From: an uncultured Desulfobulbaceae bacterium
GTDB lineage: Bacteria; Desulfobacterota; Desulfobulbia; Desulfobulbales; Desulfobulbaceae
Length of the DNA: 64,000 nt
Assembly: GCA_964626235.1 (NCBI GenBank)
Contig: CAZVDY010000067.1
Coordinates: forward strand, 13,539 to 77,538
Reading direction: 5' to 3'
Part shown: in pieces, positions 15,926 to 24,670 of the stretch
Layout: each line of letters begins with the position of its first letter
How positions within the stretch are numbered: the stretch's first letter is position 1
Made by a program: the position numbers and the translations under genes
The notes under the pieces: generated by a model
What the model saw: only the letters and a program-made list of their open reading frames with translations
What the model was told of the DNA's origin: nothing
Database searches by the model: none

Positions 15926-18900
15926 TCAGGAAGTCAGCTCCTTTTTCAGGGTCTCTATCTCCTTCTTCAGAGCTGACCTGATCTCTGCGAATTCACTACG
16001 CATCAGCCTGAGCAGCCGATCTTCTTCAGCGTCAGGAGAAGCAGCCGCCTTCTGTTCCGGAACCGTTTTTTCCTCTGCAGGTCTGGCCGCTGGAGCGGGC
16101 TCCTGTTCTTCACTGCCGGGTGCACTGGTATTCTGGCGGAGGATATCAGCCAGCAGGTTCTGGTGCCAGGTGGTGAAACGCGTCACAGCCTCCACCAGGG
16201 TCTCTGATCCCTGTCCGGGATCCTTGAGACGCTGATAGAGATAGTCCATCAGCTCTTCGGTGCCTTCCCCTACGGCTGCATCGTAATCCCGGGGGATCGA
16301 GGTCACCACGGTATTCATCAGGGTCAGAAGCACCTTCTGGGTTGTATCCTCGATGTACTGCTGCTGGACCTGGATGATGTTGGTGGTCTGGTCGACGAAC
16401 TCCTCTCTCGGCGTGCTGCCGAATCCGGCAATGGCACTGCCCAGGGCCTGCAAATGTTCCTTCCGGGTAGACTGATCATCGGAATCAACTGGTTCTTCAG
16501 CCTCCAGGGCGGCAGCGGTTTCTGTCTCCATTTCCGCGGCCGCTGACTCCGCGCTTTCCGCCTCCTGGTCGGGAAAGAAGAAGTTGAGCTTCTCCTCCAG
16601 TTCCACTGTCGGAGTATCGTCATCCTCCTCGACCTCTCCACCCAGTTCCTCCTCCATGTCCACGTCAACGGCGTCGGCTGGCGTTTCGGTCCTGCCAGAC
16701 TCGGTCAACAATTCATCCTCGGGTTCAACGGCAGCCAGGGCCGGCTCGACAGTGTCGCTCTCGTCTTCTTCTTGCTCCTCGGCTGCCGGAGATTCAAGCT
16801 CACCGAAGTCCACATCAGGCAGGTCTGTTTCGGCGACAACAGGCTCAATCTCATCTTCTTCACTACTGCTGAGCAGGGAATCGAGCCGCTCCTCGATTCC
16901 ACCGATGGACTCCTCGGAAAGGGCCAGATCAAGCTCTTCCTCTTCCTCGTCAGCCGGTTCTCCGTCAACAGGTTCTTCAGCCACCTCTCCGGCTGCCTGG
17001 TCAAAAAGTGTATCCAGACTTTTTTCTATCTCCTCGATGGATTCTGCGTTTTCCATCTCTCCGGCCGGGGGAAGAACATCCTCGTCTGCCAGCGCCGGTA
17101 TCACGGCTCCATCCTGGAAAAAATCGTCCTCTGCCTCTTCTTCATCCGTCTTGTCAGGCTCTGCTCCCGTTTGAACTGGAGCCTCCACGTCCGTATCCGT
17201 GTCGGAGCCAAAGAAGCGATCCAGGCGCTCTTCCAGTTTTTTCGCAGCTTCGCTGTCAAAATTCAGATCCTGCTCCTCTGCAACATCCTCTGCCACATCG
17301 GAAAGGGCAGGGGTCACAGACTCGTCAAATGCAAGTTCTGATTGGGCAGTATCTCCCTCGGTGGAGATTGTTTTCGTCCCATCCTCATCTGCCTCCTCTA
17401 CAGAACTCTCGTCAAAAAAGGAATCCAGGTGCTGTGCCAGTTCATCGGCCGGTAGCCTGGCCTCGGTATCCACCTCTCTTTCTTCGTCCTCGTCCGGGGT
17501 AACAGAGGAAAGAGCCGGCATGATCTCTTCCGTGGTATCGTCCTCGTCACTGAAGACCGAATCCAACTGGAGATCGATATCCTCAACAACAGCCTCCCCA
17601 GGCTTCTTCTCCGTTGCCGCCTCTTCCAAATCATCGAGCGAAAGGGCAGAAGGAAGGTCTTCAAGCTGTTCCTCCACATCCCCATTCAGATCCAGGCCAA
17701 GCTCATCCGCATTCTTGTCATCCAACTCAAAGGTCTGGGTATCCAGGCTGGCGAAATCTTCTTCACTGTCATCAGAGAAGAGGAGATCGAGCTGTTCCTC
17801 GATATGCTCCTGGGGAGAGATATCGTCTCGCTCCTCGAGTTTTTCCGGAACATCCAGGCCACTGAGGGCTGCTGTCACCTCATCGCCACCCAATTCCTCG
17901 CCAAGAAAATCATCTGCCACCTCGTCTGCAATAGGCTGGATGGCCTCGGGATCAAGGAGATCATCAAATCCATCTTCTTCTGCTCGCTCTTCCTCCTCCT
18001 CCGAAACTTCTTCAAAGAATGCCATCAGGGTGTTGTCCAGGTCTTCGGTGAGTTCGTCTTCCTCTTCTTCCTCACTTTCCATGGAGGCAAACAGCGGCTC
18101 TTCCTCCTCTATGTCGGGGACCGCCTTGTCCCCGGGCTCCACATCCTCCAGGGCAACAGGCGTTGATTCTATTTTCCTGCCGACTTCTTCTGTCACGGCC
18201 GTTCCGCCGGCAGCGATGAGAGCCTTGAGATTGTTGAGCCGTTCCACTTGGCTGACGAGGATTTCCTGGCGTTCCTGGTCGCCCAGATTTTCGTCTTTGA
18301 GCAATCGTTCCAATCCTTTGTAGAAAGAATGAAGAAGAATGAAGGCCTCGGGATGGGCATCGGCCTTCTCGTCTGCAATGTAGTTGCCCAACACTCCGAG
18401 CCCCTGGAGAAGAACCAAGGCAGCCTTGTCGTCCTTGACCGATTCTGTCAGTTGGCCGACCTGTTCCCGGAACTTGTCCAGGCCGTTATCGGTAACCTCC
18501 CATTCCAGGCCGAGAATCGTGGCTTTCAACCGGGTGAGCGGTTCCTGGCCGCTCAACGAAAGTGCGTCCTTGTCCAGGTTGCCCATCTCTGGAGATTCAT
18601 TGGTGCCGGCTGCTTCCAGCTGGCTGATCTGATACTGGAGGATCTTGAATTTTCTCACGTCGGTCTTCAGTAGGATGCTGATCTCCTCCCCGTTCATATC
18701 CGGGGAAGAGACAATTTTTTCAAAATCGTAAAAAAAGGTCAGGAGAAGCTTGATGGCGTTGGGATGGGCGTAGGCACCTTCATCGCGCAGATAACGTCCG
18801 ATCTTGTCCAGGCCCTGGAGATACACCTGGGCGACCTTGTCACCTTCCCAGACCTGCTGCAGTTCCACGATCTCGTCCGCCAGCTCCTGCAGGATATCGT

Positions 18901-19105
18901 CGCTGATTTCCCAGTCAAGGGACAGGATGATGGATTTCAGTCGTGTCAGGGGCGACTCTTCCTCACCGGTGAACTCGAACAGGTCGATATCCACCGTATC
19001 GAACGATTCGTCTGCGAACAGGGTGAGATCTTCCACCTCGTCCAGGGAATTGACAGGGTCCTTCTGCGGAGTGCTTTTCATGGGCTGGTCGGTGTTGGAT
19101 ACCAC
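15926..19105 (-). CDS. 1059-aa hyper-acidic protein: two homologous N-terminal domains, about 575-aa D/E-rich repeat region, helical C-terminal domain and terminal coiled-coil-like tail
   Basis: Single long ORF starting 12 nt after the mglA stop. Clear internal domain duplication and repeated motifs. The plus-strand Ser-rich ORFs here are mirror images of GAx/GAG codons. Confidence 0.8.
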   Translation of the reverse strand: MVSNTDQPMKSTPQKDPVNSLDEVEDLTLFADESFDTVDIDLFEFTGEEESPLTRLKSIILSLDWEISDDILQELADEIVELQQVWEGDKVAQVYLQGLDKIGRYLRDEGAYAHPNAIKLLLTFFYDFEKIVSSPDMNGEEISILLKTDVRKFKILQYQISQLEAAGTNESPEMGNLDKDALSLSGQEPLTRLKATILGLEWEVTDNGLDKFREQVGQLTESVKDDKAALVLLQGLGVLGNYIADEKADAHPEAFILLHSFYKGLERLLKDENLGDQERQEILVSQVERLNNLKALIAAGGTAVTEEVGRKIESTPVALEDVEPGDKAVPDIEEEEPLFASMESEEEEEDELTEDLDNTLMAFFEEVSEEEEERAEEDGFDDLLDPEAIQPIADEVADDFLGEELGGDEVTAALSGLDVPEKLEERDDISPQEHIEEQLDLLFSDDSEEDFASLDTQTFELDDKNADELGLDLNGDVEEQLEDLPSALSLDDLEEAATEKKPGEAVVEDIDLQLDSVFSDEDDTTEEIMPALSSVTPDEDEEREVDTEARLPADELAQHLDSFFDESSVEEADEDGTKTISTEGDTAQSELAFDESVTPALSDVAEDVAEEQDLNFDSEAAKKLEERLDRFFGSDTDTDVEAPVQTGAEPDKTDEEEAEDDFFQDGAVIPALADEDVLPPAGEMENAESIEEIEKSLDTLFDQAAGEVAEEPVDGEPADEEEEELDLALSEESIGGIEERLDSLLSSSEEDEIEPVVAETDLPDVDFGELESPAAEEQEEDESDTVEPALAAVEPEDELLTESGRTETPADAVDVDMEEELGGEVEEDDDTPTVELEEKLNFFFPDQEAESAESAAAEMETETAAALEAEEPVDSDDQSTRKEHLQALGSAIAGFGSTPREEFVDQTTNIIQVQQQYIEDTTQKVLLTLMNTVVTSIPRDYDAAVGEGTEELMDYLYQRLKDPGQGSETLVEAVTRFTTWHQNLLADILRQNTSAPGSEEQEPAPAARPAEEKTVPEQKAAASPDAEEDRLLRLMRSEFAEIRSALKKEIETLKKELTS

Positions 19106-19117
19106 AACTTCCGTCCT

Positions 19118-19723
19118 CTATAAAAGTTTCTTCTGTATGGATACAACCGTAAGGGAGATTATTTTTTTAAGTGTTTCTGCTACGTTATAGCCTGTCAGCG
19201 CACTTGCCTCATACGCGGGCACGCGCAATTTCGAATTGAGGTCCTTTTCCAGCACACTGGATGGCAGGATCGGGACGCCCTGGTTTCTGAGATCGACCTT
19301 GTTGTACTGCAGGACCAGGGGAATACGGAAGATCGATTCCTTGTATCCGAGCAAGTTTTCGTGCAACTGATTCAGGGAGCGGATATTTTTCTCCCGCATC
19401 GACTCCTGGGCATCAGCGACGAACACGATCCCGTCCACTCCCTTGAGCACGAGCTTCCTGGTGGCATTGTACTTGACCTGTCCAGGCACGGTATAGAGTT
19501 GGATCTTCAGTTCATAGCCCTTGATCTGGCCCATGTCGAAAGGCAGAAAATCGAAAAACAGGGTCCGGTCGCCATGGGTCTTCAGGCTGACCATTTCCGA
19601 TTGGATCTGCTTGCTGAATTTCCGGTTGATGTATTCGAGGTTTGTTGTCTTTCCGCCCCGACCAGGACCGTAATAGACAATCTTCACCTGAACGATTTTT
19701 TCGCGTAGATTGATGAAACTCAA
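19118..19723 (-). CDS. mglA: MglA-type Ras-like small GTPase
   Basis: Near-colinear with M. xanthus MglA as recalled: MSFIN, KIVYYGPGRGGKTTNL (P-loop), DRTLFFDFLP, LYTVPGQV (switch II Gln), LKGVDGIVFVADAQ, QYNKVDL (NKxD). Confidence 0.9.
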   Translation of the reverse strand: MSFINLREKIVQVKIVYYGPGRGGKTTNLEYINRKFSKQIQSEMVSLKTHGDRTLFFDFLPFDMGQIKGYELKIQLYTVPGQVKYNATRKLVLKGVDGIVFVADAQESMREKNIRSLNQLHENLLGYKESIFRIPLVLQYNKVDLRNQGVPILPSSVLEKDLNSKLRVPAYEASALTGYNVAETLKKIISLTVVSIQKKLL

Positions 19724-19789
19724 GATTATCTCCTGCTCTGCTTCACTGCATTAACTGGATGGCCTCCTTCACTCTGATCCCTGGCAGCT

Positions 19790-20191
19790 CTAGCTGGCTC
19801 TGGTCCAGAGCTTCCTGATTCTGTCGATAGCCTCGACCACGTTCAGCCTGAGAAAACCAAGAGAAATATCTTTGCCGAACATGGATATCAGGAGCAGTTC
19901 ATCGTCAATCTTGGAAAAATGAATATTGCAGTCTGTTCCCTTGTGAAAAAGAAGGGAGAACTCCTGCTCTCCAACGAGCTTTGCCATGGCATCGACAGTG
20001 GCAAAATTGCCCGCAGCCAGAGCAGCAAAGGAATAGACATCATATTTTGAACTTCCATTGTCCTTGGCCGTGATGATGTTGCCGGCCATGTCGATGATGA
20101 TTACACAGTCGACTCCGATCTTGATCAACTTCTCGTTTAAAATTTCATCAATTTTTTCAAGTTGTTCCTGACTAACAACTCCATAGTTCAT
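19790..20191 (-). CDS. mglB: MglB-type Roadblock/LC7 GTPase-activating protein
   Basis: IIIDMAGNIITA, FAALAAGNFATVDAMAKLVGEQEFSLLFHKG and ISLGFLRLNVVEA parallel M. xanthus MglB as recalled. Start taken at MNYGVV; the track ORF opens at 20224. Confidence 0.85.
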   Translation of the reverse strand: MNYGVVSQEQLEKIDEILNEKLIKIGVDCVIIIDMAGNIITAKDNGSSKYDVYSFAALAAGNFATVDAMAKLVGEQEFSLLFHKGTDCNIHFSKIDDELLLISMFGKDISLGFLRLNVVEAIDRIRKLWTRAS

Positions 20192-20280
20192 TTGGCTACC
20201 TCGCAAGCGTTGTCTGTCGGTCACCCGGTTGTTGTAAGACCAATAGGATACTTCTCCAATTATCTATGAGTATACGTCAG

Positions 20281-20306
20281 AAAAACAGAGAGCTGAAGCT
20301 GTTTTT
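20281..20306 (-). terminator. A/T-flanked hairpin between the FlhB-like gene and mglB (possible bidirectional terminator)
   Basis: AAAAACAG ... CTGTTTTT: an 8-bp stem that is mostly A-U, with a 10-nt loop. Confidence 0.35.
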
Positions 20307-20451
20307 ACTGATCATTTTCATTTTTTTCCCTTTGCAGGATTTGATCACCTGATTTGTATCTATGTGCTTAGCCGATCGAAAACAGAAACGAGGCAGACAG
20401 CACCCGCTACTGCCCACCTGCCCGACATCAGGACCTTCCATCCAAATCCGG

Positions 20452-20739
20452 TCACTGTTGCCGGATCTTGTGCTTAAACCGTTCGTTGACAGCATAGACA
20501 AAGGCCAGCACCTCGGCTACAGCCTGGTACATCTCTGGTGGAATTTCGTCACCGACCTCTACCTTTGCCAATAACTCGAGGAGATCCGGATCTTCTCTGA
20601 CATGGACACCGGCAGCCCTGGCAGCCTCGATGATCTTTCTGGCAACCAGCCCCGAACCCTTGGCGACAACCTTGGGGACAGCGGCCCGGTTACCGTCATA
20701 GAGCAGGGCGACAGCCTGTTCCCGTTTCCCCGCGCTCAT
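20452..20739 (-). CDS. stand-alone FlhB/YscU C-terminal (CC subdomain)-like protein
   Basis: AVALLYDGNRAAVPKVVAKGSGLVARKIIEAARAAGVHVREDPDLLELL...IPPEMYQAVAEVLAFV matches the segment that follows NPTH autocleavage in FlhB. No TM region and no NPTH. Start uncertain: ATG 20739, while the track ORF opens at 20859. Confidence 0.75.
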   Translation of the reverse strand: MSAGKREQAVALLYDGNRAAVPKVVAKGSGLVARKIIEAARAAGVHVREDPDLLELLAKVEVGDEIPPEMYQAVAEVLAFVYAVNERFKHKIRQQ

Positions 20740-20842
20740 GGAAGGCTTCCCGGCTTGTTGAAACCGGAGTCCGGCCCTGCGGAACGATCCGCAAACAACG
20801 TGGTCTGCGACACTGGCAGTGCTGTAACAAAACAGTATTCCA

Positions 20843-22291
20843 TCATGCCGTGGTCTCAATCACACCGGATCCATGCCTGTGCAGGTTCTCCGACAGGACC
20901 CGCTCCGGCGGTTCGACACCGGTCAGGAACTGAACAGCCGTTCTGTTGCCCTGGGACAGCCCTGCCAAGAGCTCATCCCGGAAGCTGGCCAAAAACATGG
21001 CCCGTTCCCTGTCTGCGGTGTGGAAACAGATGGCAAGCCCATCAGCAGATTGCCTGATATCGATCTGCAGATCGCCCAACCCTTCCAGGGAAAGGTGCAG
21101 GCGGCACTCCTTTTTTCCGTCGTTGTCCGGCTGTTCATCGGCAGCGGACTGCCGGCGATCCATGACCAGGTATCCCTGGTCCAGAAAGGGGAGGGCCAGG
21201 GGATAGAAAACGACTCCCTGTTCGGCAAAACGGGCCTTCACTATTTGGAACAACTCGATGATCCGGAGGGCTTCCCCGGCCTGTTCACGGATCTCAGGAC
21301 TACCTGCATCCCGCTCCACTTCAGCCATGGCATGTTTCAAAGACTCTTCGGCCTGCCGGAGATCGCCTTGCAGCAGGGCATGTTCCTGCTGGAGACCCAA
21401 CCTGTGCAGATACCGTTGCAGGTCAGACCCACGAATAGAAGGAGAAGGGAAAGAGGGGGCCGGCCTGCTCAGCCGGTCGGTCAGCGCCCTGAAAAGCGTG
21501 TGCAGTCTATCCCGGACAAGAAGATTCTTTTCCGCACCGGCTCCAGGCATCCCTGGCTCCCTGTTCCTGTCAGTCAGCAGGGAGACCAGTTCCCTGGTCA
21601 ATTCCCCGACCTGGTCGTTCTGGGGCAACTGCCTGGCATATCGTCCGAGCCGTTCGGCCAGGGCATGGTCTGCTATTCCTGGGGAACCCGGCTTGTTCTG
21701 TTCAAGGAGCTGCTGAACATATTCCCTAAGCTCCTCCAGCAGGCCGCGGGCAGGCGACGCCTGTGGTCCGGAAACAGCTGCCCCGGGCCGCAGGCTACCG
21801 GGCAGGCGTCCCATGTCCTGGAGAAATAGCCGGACACTCCTGCTCAGATCAGGATGCTCTTCTGTGTGCTCTGCCAACTGCACGATGAGCTGCCCCAACC
21901 TGTTTTGCCTGGCCAGGAGCGGGAGAGAACGACTCAAGTGGAGCTGTCCGGAGGGCTGGACGATCTGCAGGGTAAGCTTGGGCCTGATGGCGGTGACCTG
22001 GAGATCCAGTTTCTGACCTGCATGAAAACGGAGCCTTGACTGAATGGTGAACTGTTCTTGTCCCAGGGTCAGGATCCATTGCCCTTGGCGGTTTTTGCCA
22101 CTGACAACAGCCTGCAGGAACTGTCCTGGAACAAGGCCAGGCTTGTTTCCCTGTGTGCCGGACAGACCGGTGAGGGTGAGCAGCTCGCCGATGCCGGCCA
22201 TCATCGGGGGGCGCGCCTGTCCGGCACCGGCAGGGATCAGTCGACCCGTATTTTTTCCCGGAGTTGCCGACGTTGCTCCTGCAGGCAGCAT
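20843..22291 (-). CDS. FliK-like (flagellar hook-length control C-terminal domain) protein
   Basis: C-terminal CRLHLSLEGLGDLQIDIRQSADGLAICFHTADRERAMFLASFRDELLAGL resembles the Flg_hook/FliK C-domain. An alternative start at 22204 (MMAGIGELL) would remove the 55-nt overlap with the PilZ gene. Confidence 0.55.
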   Translation of the reverse strand: MLPAGATSATPGKNTGRLIPAGAGQARPPMMAGIGELLTLTGLSGTQGNKPGLVPGQFLQAVVSGKNRQGQWILTLGQEQFTIQSRLRFHAGQKLDLQVTAIRPKLTLQIVQPSGQLHLSRSLPLLARQNRLGQLIVQLAEHTEEHPDLSRSVRLFLQDMGRLPGSLRPGAAVSGPQASPARGLLEELREYVQQLLEQNKPGSPGIADHALAERLGRYARQLPQNDQVGELTRELVSLLTDRNREPGMPGAGAEKNLLVRDRLHTLFRALTDRLSRPAPSFPSPSIRGSDLQRYLHRLGLQQEHALLQGDLRQAEESLKHAMAEVERDAGSPEIREQAGEALRIIELFQIVKARFAEQGVVFYPLALPFLDQGYLVMDRRQSAADEQPDNDGKKECRLHLSLEGLGDLQIDIRQSADGLAICFHTADRERAMFLASFRDELLAGLSQGNRTAVQFLTGVEPPERVLSENLHRHGSGVIETTA

Positions 22292-22914
22292 GAAATTATC
22301 TGATCCCGTACTTTTTGCTCGATACTATCAAAATGAAAGGCGATCTGATAGCGGTTTTTCCGCATTCGATAGACCCGGACAACATGCCCCATGCATTCTA
22401 TGGGCTGTTTTTGCTCCGGGAGTTGCAGCATCAACTGAATGCGACTCTTGTTTTCCGGTGGCTGACTGAACAGCGCCAGTACGCCGCTGCCGCTGAGATC
22501 AACGGTTTCACCGGTCAGCTCCCAGGCCTTTTTGCGGATCTCTTTGGGACCTGGTTGGTAGCGGGCAACAATGGGTAGCTGGACATTCACCCGGAAATAC
22601 TCCCGTAAGGATTCCGGCCTGATCGACTCCTGAGCAGTCAGGAGGAGGCTCCGCTCGTCCACCAATCCGTCCACAGTGGCCAGCAAGGTAATGCCGGAAT
22701 CGTTTTCCTGCTTCACGGTCAGCATACAGTTCGTGCCCTGGTCAAGGGCAAGGTCTTCCAGGTTGTTGCTGGGAAAGACCAGGGTGAACTGAGGAGCCTT
22801 GTTCTTCTTCAGGACGCTCTTCAGTCGGCGCCGCTCATCCGTGCCGACCGGAATATCGATCAGGACGATTGAGTTGTCGCGGAGTCTGTTCAGTGTGTCC
22901 TCTATACCAGCCAC
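22237..22914 (-). CDS. PilZ-domain c-di-GMP receptor (YcgR-like architecture)
   Basis: RxxxR (REYFR) followed by D-x-S-x-x-G (DLSGSG) about 30 residues later, with an N-terminal PilZN-like beta domain. Confidence 0.75.
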   Translation of the reverse strand: MAGIEDTLNRLRDNSIVLIDIPVGTDERRRLKSVLKKNKAPQFTLVFPSNNLEDLALDQGTNCMLTVKQENDSGITLLATVDGLVDERSLLLTAQESIRPESLREYFRVNVQLPIVARYQPGPKEIRKKAWELTGETVDLSGSGVLALFSQPPENKSRIQLMLQLPEQKQPIECMGHVVRVYRMRKNRYQIAFHFDSIEQKVRDQIISCCLQEQRRQLREKIRVD

Positions 22915-23236
22915 AGTCTCTGTGCGTCAGTTATGGCATGACCGTCAAGTGATCAGCCTATGTTTTTCCGGCTTTCCTGAAAAACTGTACCCGATGTGTG
23001 GGCCGTCTACGGGATGAAGTCCTGCACGATCCAACCGGTCGGAAAGCTCATCCTCTGGAGTAATTCGACATGTTGAATGTAACTGTATACTAGAAATTCA
23101 TCTTTTTCAATGAACATGGCTGAGATGAACCGGGCAGATAGGGGAAAAAAGGGTGGCAAGCTTCTTTCAGGTCCAGAACGACTCTCTCCCTATACAAGAG
23201 AAATTACCAGCTATAGTAATGAATATTGACAAACAA

Positions 23237-24616
23237 TCAAGATGTTATGAGCCGTTCGTCATTATTTTCATCAAGTACGCCTTGTAACGAGTGGTTTCCA
23301 GCGTGAGTAATGGCGACCTTGACCGTATCACCAGGAGCTGGCTGACACCTGGACGTGACATGAACGATATGGTTGGTTCCAGTGCGTCCCTGAAAGCAGT
23401 CTGTATTACTTGATTCAACCAGTACATCAATTTTTTTTCCTAAGTACTCGTTATTTCGTTCAAGGCTTATTTCATCCTGCAAAGTCTGGAGTTCCTGGAG
23501 TCGACGGCTCTTGACTGCTTCGTCGATCTTGTCGCCAAAAGCTGCCGAACGAGTGTTCGGCCTGTCCGAATATTTGAACGAAAACGAGCTGTGAAAGCGC
23601 ACCGATTCCATGAGTCGGATAGTAGCGGAAAAATCCTCCTCGGTTTCCCCGGGAAAGCCGACAATGAAATCTGTGCTCAGAGCAATGTCGGGCTGGTAGG
23701 TGCGAAGCCTGGCCACCTTGTCCAGATAGGTTTCCACGGAATATTTTCTGTTCATCCTGGCCAGGACCCGATTGGAGCCAGACTGTACCGGAAGGTGAAT
23801 ATGGGGACAGAGGTTTTCCAGTTCAGCAAAGCAGCGCATCAGGTCATCAGAGAGGTCCTTGGGATTGGAGGTTGTGAAGCGCAACCGTTCCAACCCTTCC
23901 ACGGCCGCCACCATCCGAAGGAGGTCAGCAAAAGTCGTGGTTCTGTCGGCAACAGGATTGGTCTGGCCATAGGAGTTGACGTTCTGACCTAGCAAGGTCA
24001 CCTCTTTCACCCCCTCTTCCTGGACCAGGATGGTCACCTCATCGAGAATATCGGCAACGGACCGGCTGGTTTCCCGTCCCCTGGTTGTCGGAACGACACA
24101 GTAGCTGCAAAAGTTGTTGCACCCTTGCATGATGGTAACAAAGCGCCTGAAAACCCGACCAATAGAGGGGGAGGGGGGACGCCTCCCCCGGAACGTTGCA
24201 TAAGGTGGGATGGAAAATTGGTCATCCATTGCCGTGGCAAGTTCCTTTTTACCTGGACAACGCCTTACCCGATCGACCAGGTCGGCAAGACGGTAGAGTT
24301 GCTGCGTGCCTACAACGATGTCTACATGGTCCATCCTTTGAAAGATCCGTTCACCGTCCTGTTGGGCCACGCAGCCTGCAACCACGATGCAGAGGGACGG
24401 ATTTCGCTCTTTCAACGCCCTGAGCTGGCCCAGAAGACTGTAGACCTTTTGCTCGGCCTTGCCCCTGATGCTGCAGGTATTGAGAATAATCGTATCGGCA
24501 AGCTCAGGATCAGGGCAGGGGATATAGCCATCCTTAGCCAGTATCTGCTCCATGATCGCACTGTCGCGCTCATTCATCTGGCAGCCGAATGTCTTGATAT
24601 AGAGCGTCTTGTCCAT
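23237..24616 (-). CDS. miaB: tRNA-i6A37 methylthiotransferase
   Basis: YIKTFGCQMNERDS (UPF0004 N-domain), radical-SAM CNNFCSYC and a C-terminal TRAM domain. Confidence 0.9.
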   Translation of the reverse strand: MDKTLYIKTFGCQMNERDSAIMEQILAKDGYIPCPDPELADTIILNTCSIRGKAEQKVYSLLGQLRALKERNPSLCIVVAGCVAQQDGERIFQRMDHVDIVVGTQQLYRLADLVDRVRRCPGKKELATAMDDQFSIPPYATFRGRRPPSPSIGRVFRRFVTIMQGCNNFCSYCVVPTTRGRETSRSVADILDEVTILVQEEGVKEVTLLGQNVNSYGQTNPVADRTTTFADLLRMVAAVEGLERLRFTTSNPKDLSDDLMRCFAELENLCPHIHLPVQSGSNRVLARMNRKYSVETYLDKVARLRTYQPDIALSTDFIVGFPGETEEDFSATIRLMESVRFHSSFSFKYSDRPNTRSAAFGDKIDEAVKSRRLQELQTLQDEISLERNNEYLGKKIDVLVESSNTDCFQGRTGTNHIVHVTSRCQPAPGDTVKVAITHAGNHSLQGVLDENNDERLITS

Positions 24617-24670
24617 GGATCATTTAGTCAATAAGTTGCATTTAATATATCATGTGTTGCATCAAAGATG

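Noticed and set aside
16584-18323. Plus-strand Ser-rich ORFs (16584-17174, 17199-18323) that look like serine-repeat proteins.
   Set aside because: They are the reverse-complement reading of the GAA/GAG/GAC-rich acidic gene (TTC/CTC/GTC give S/L/F runs). The minus-strand ORF has domain structure and is coupled to mglA.
20277-20501. 74-aa ORF in the gap between the FlhB-like gene and mglB.
   Set aside because: It overlaps the 3' end of the FlhB-like gene and spans the putative terminator and promoter region. It has no RBS and no recognisable fold.
23154-23169. Sigma54-like TGGCAAGCTTCTTTCA on the plus strand.
   Set aside because: The -12 element is imperfect (TTTC), and no plus-strand gene lies downstream because both flanking genes are on the minus strand.
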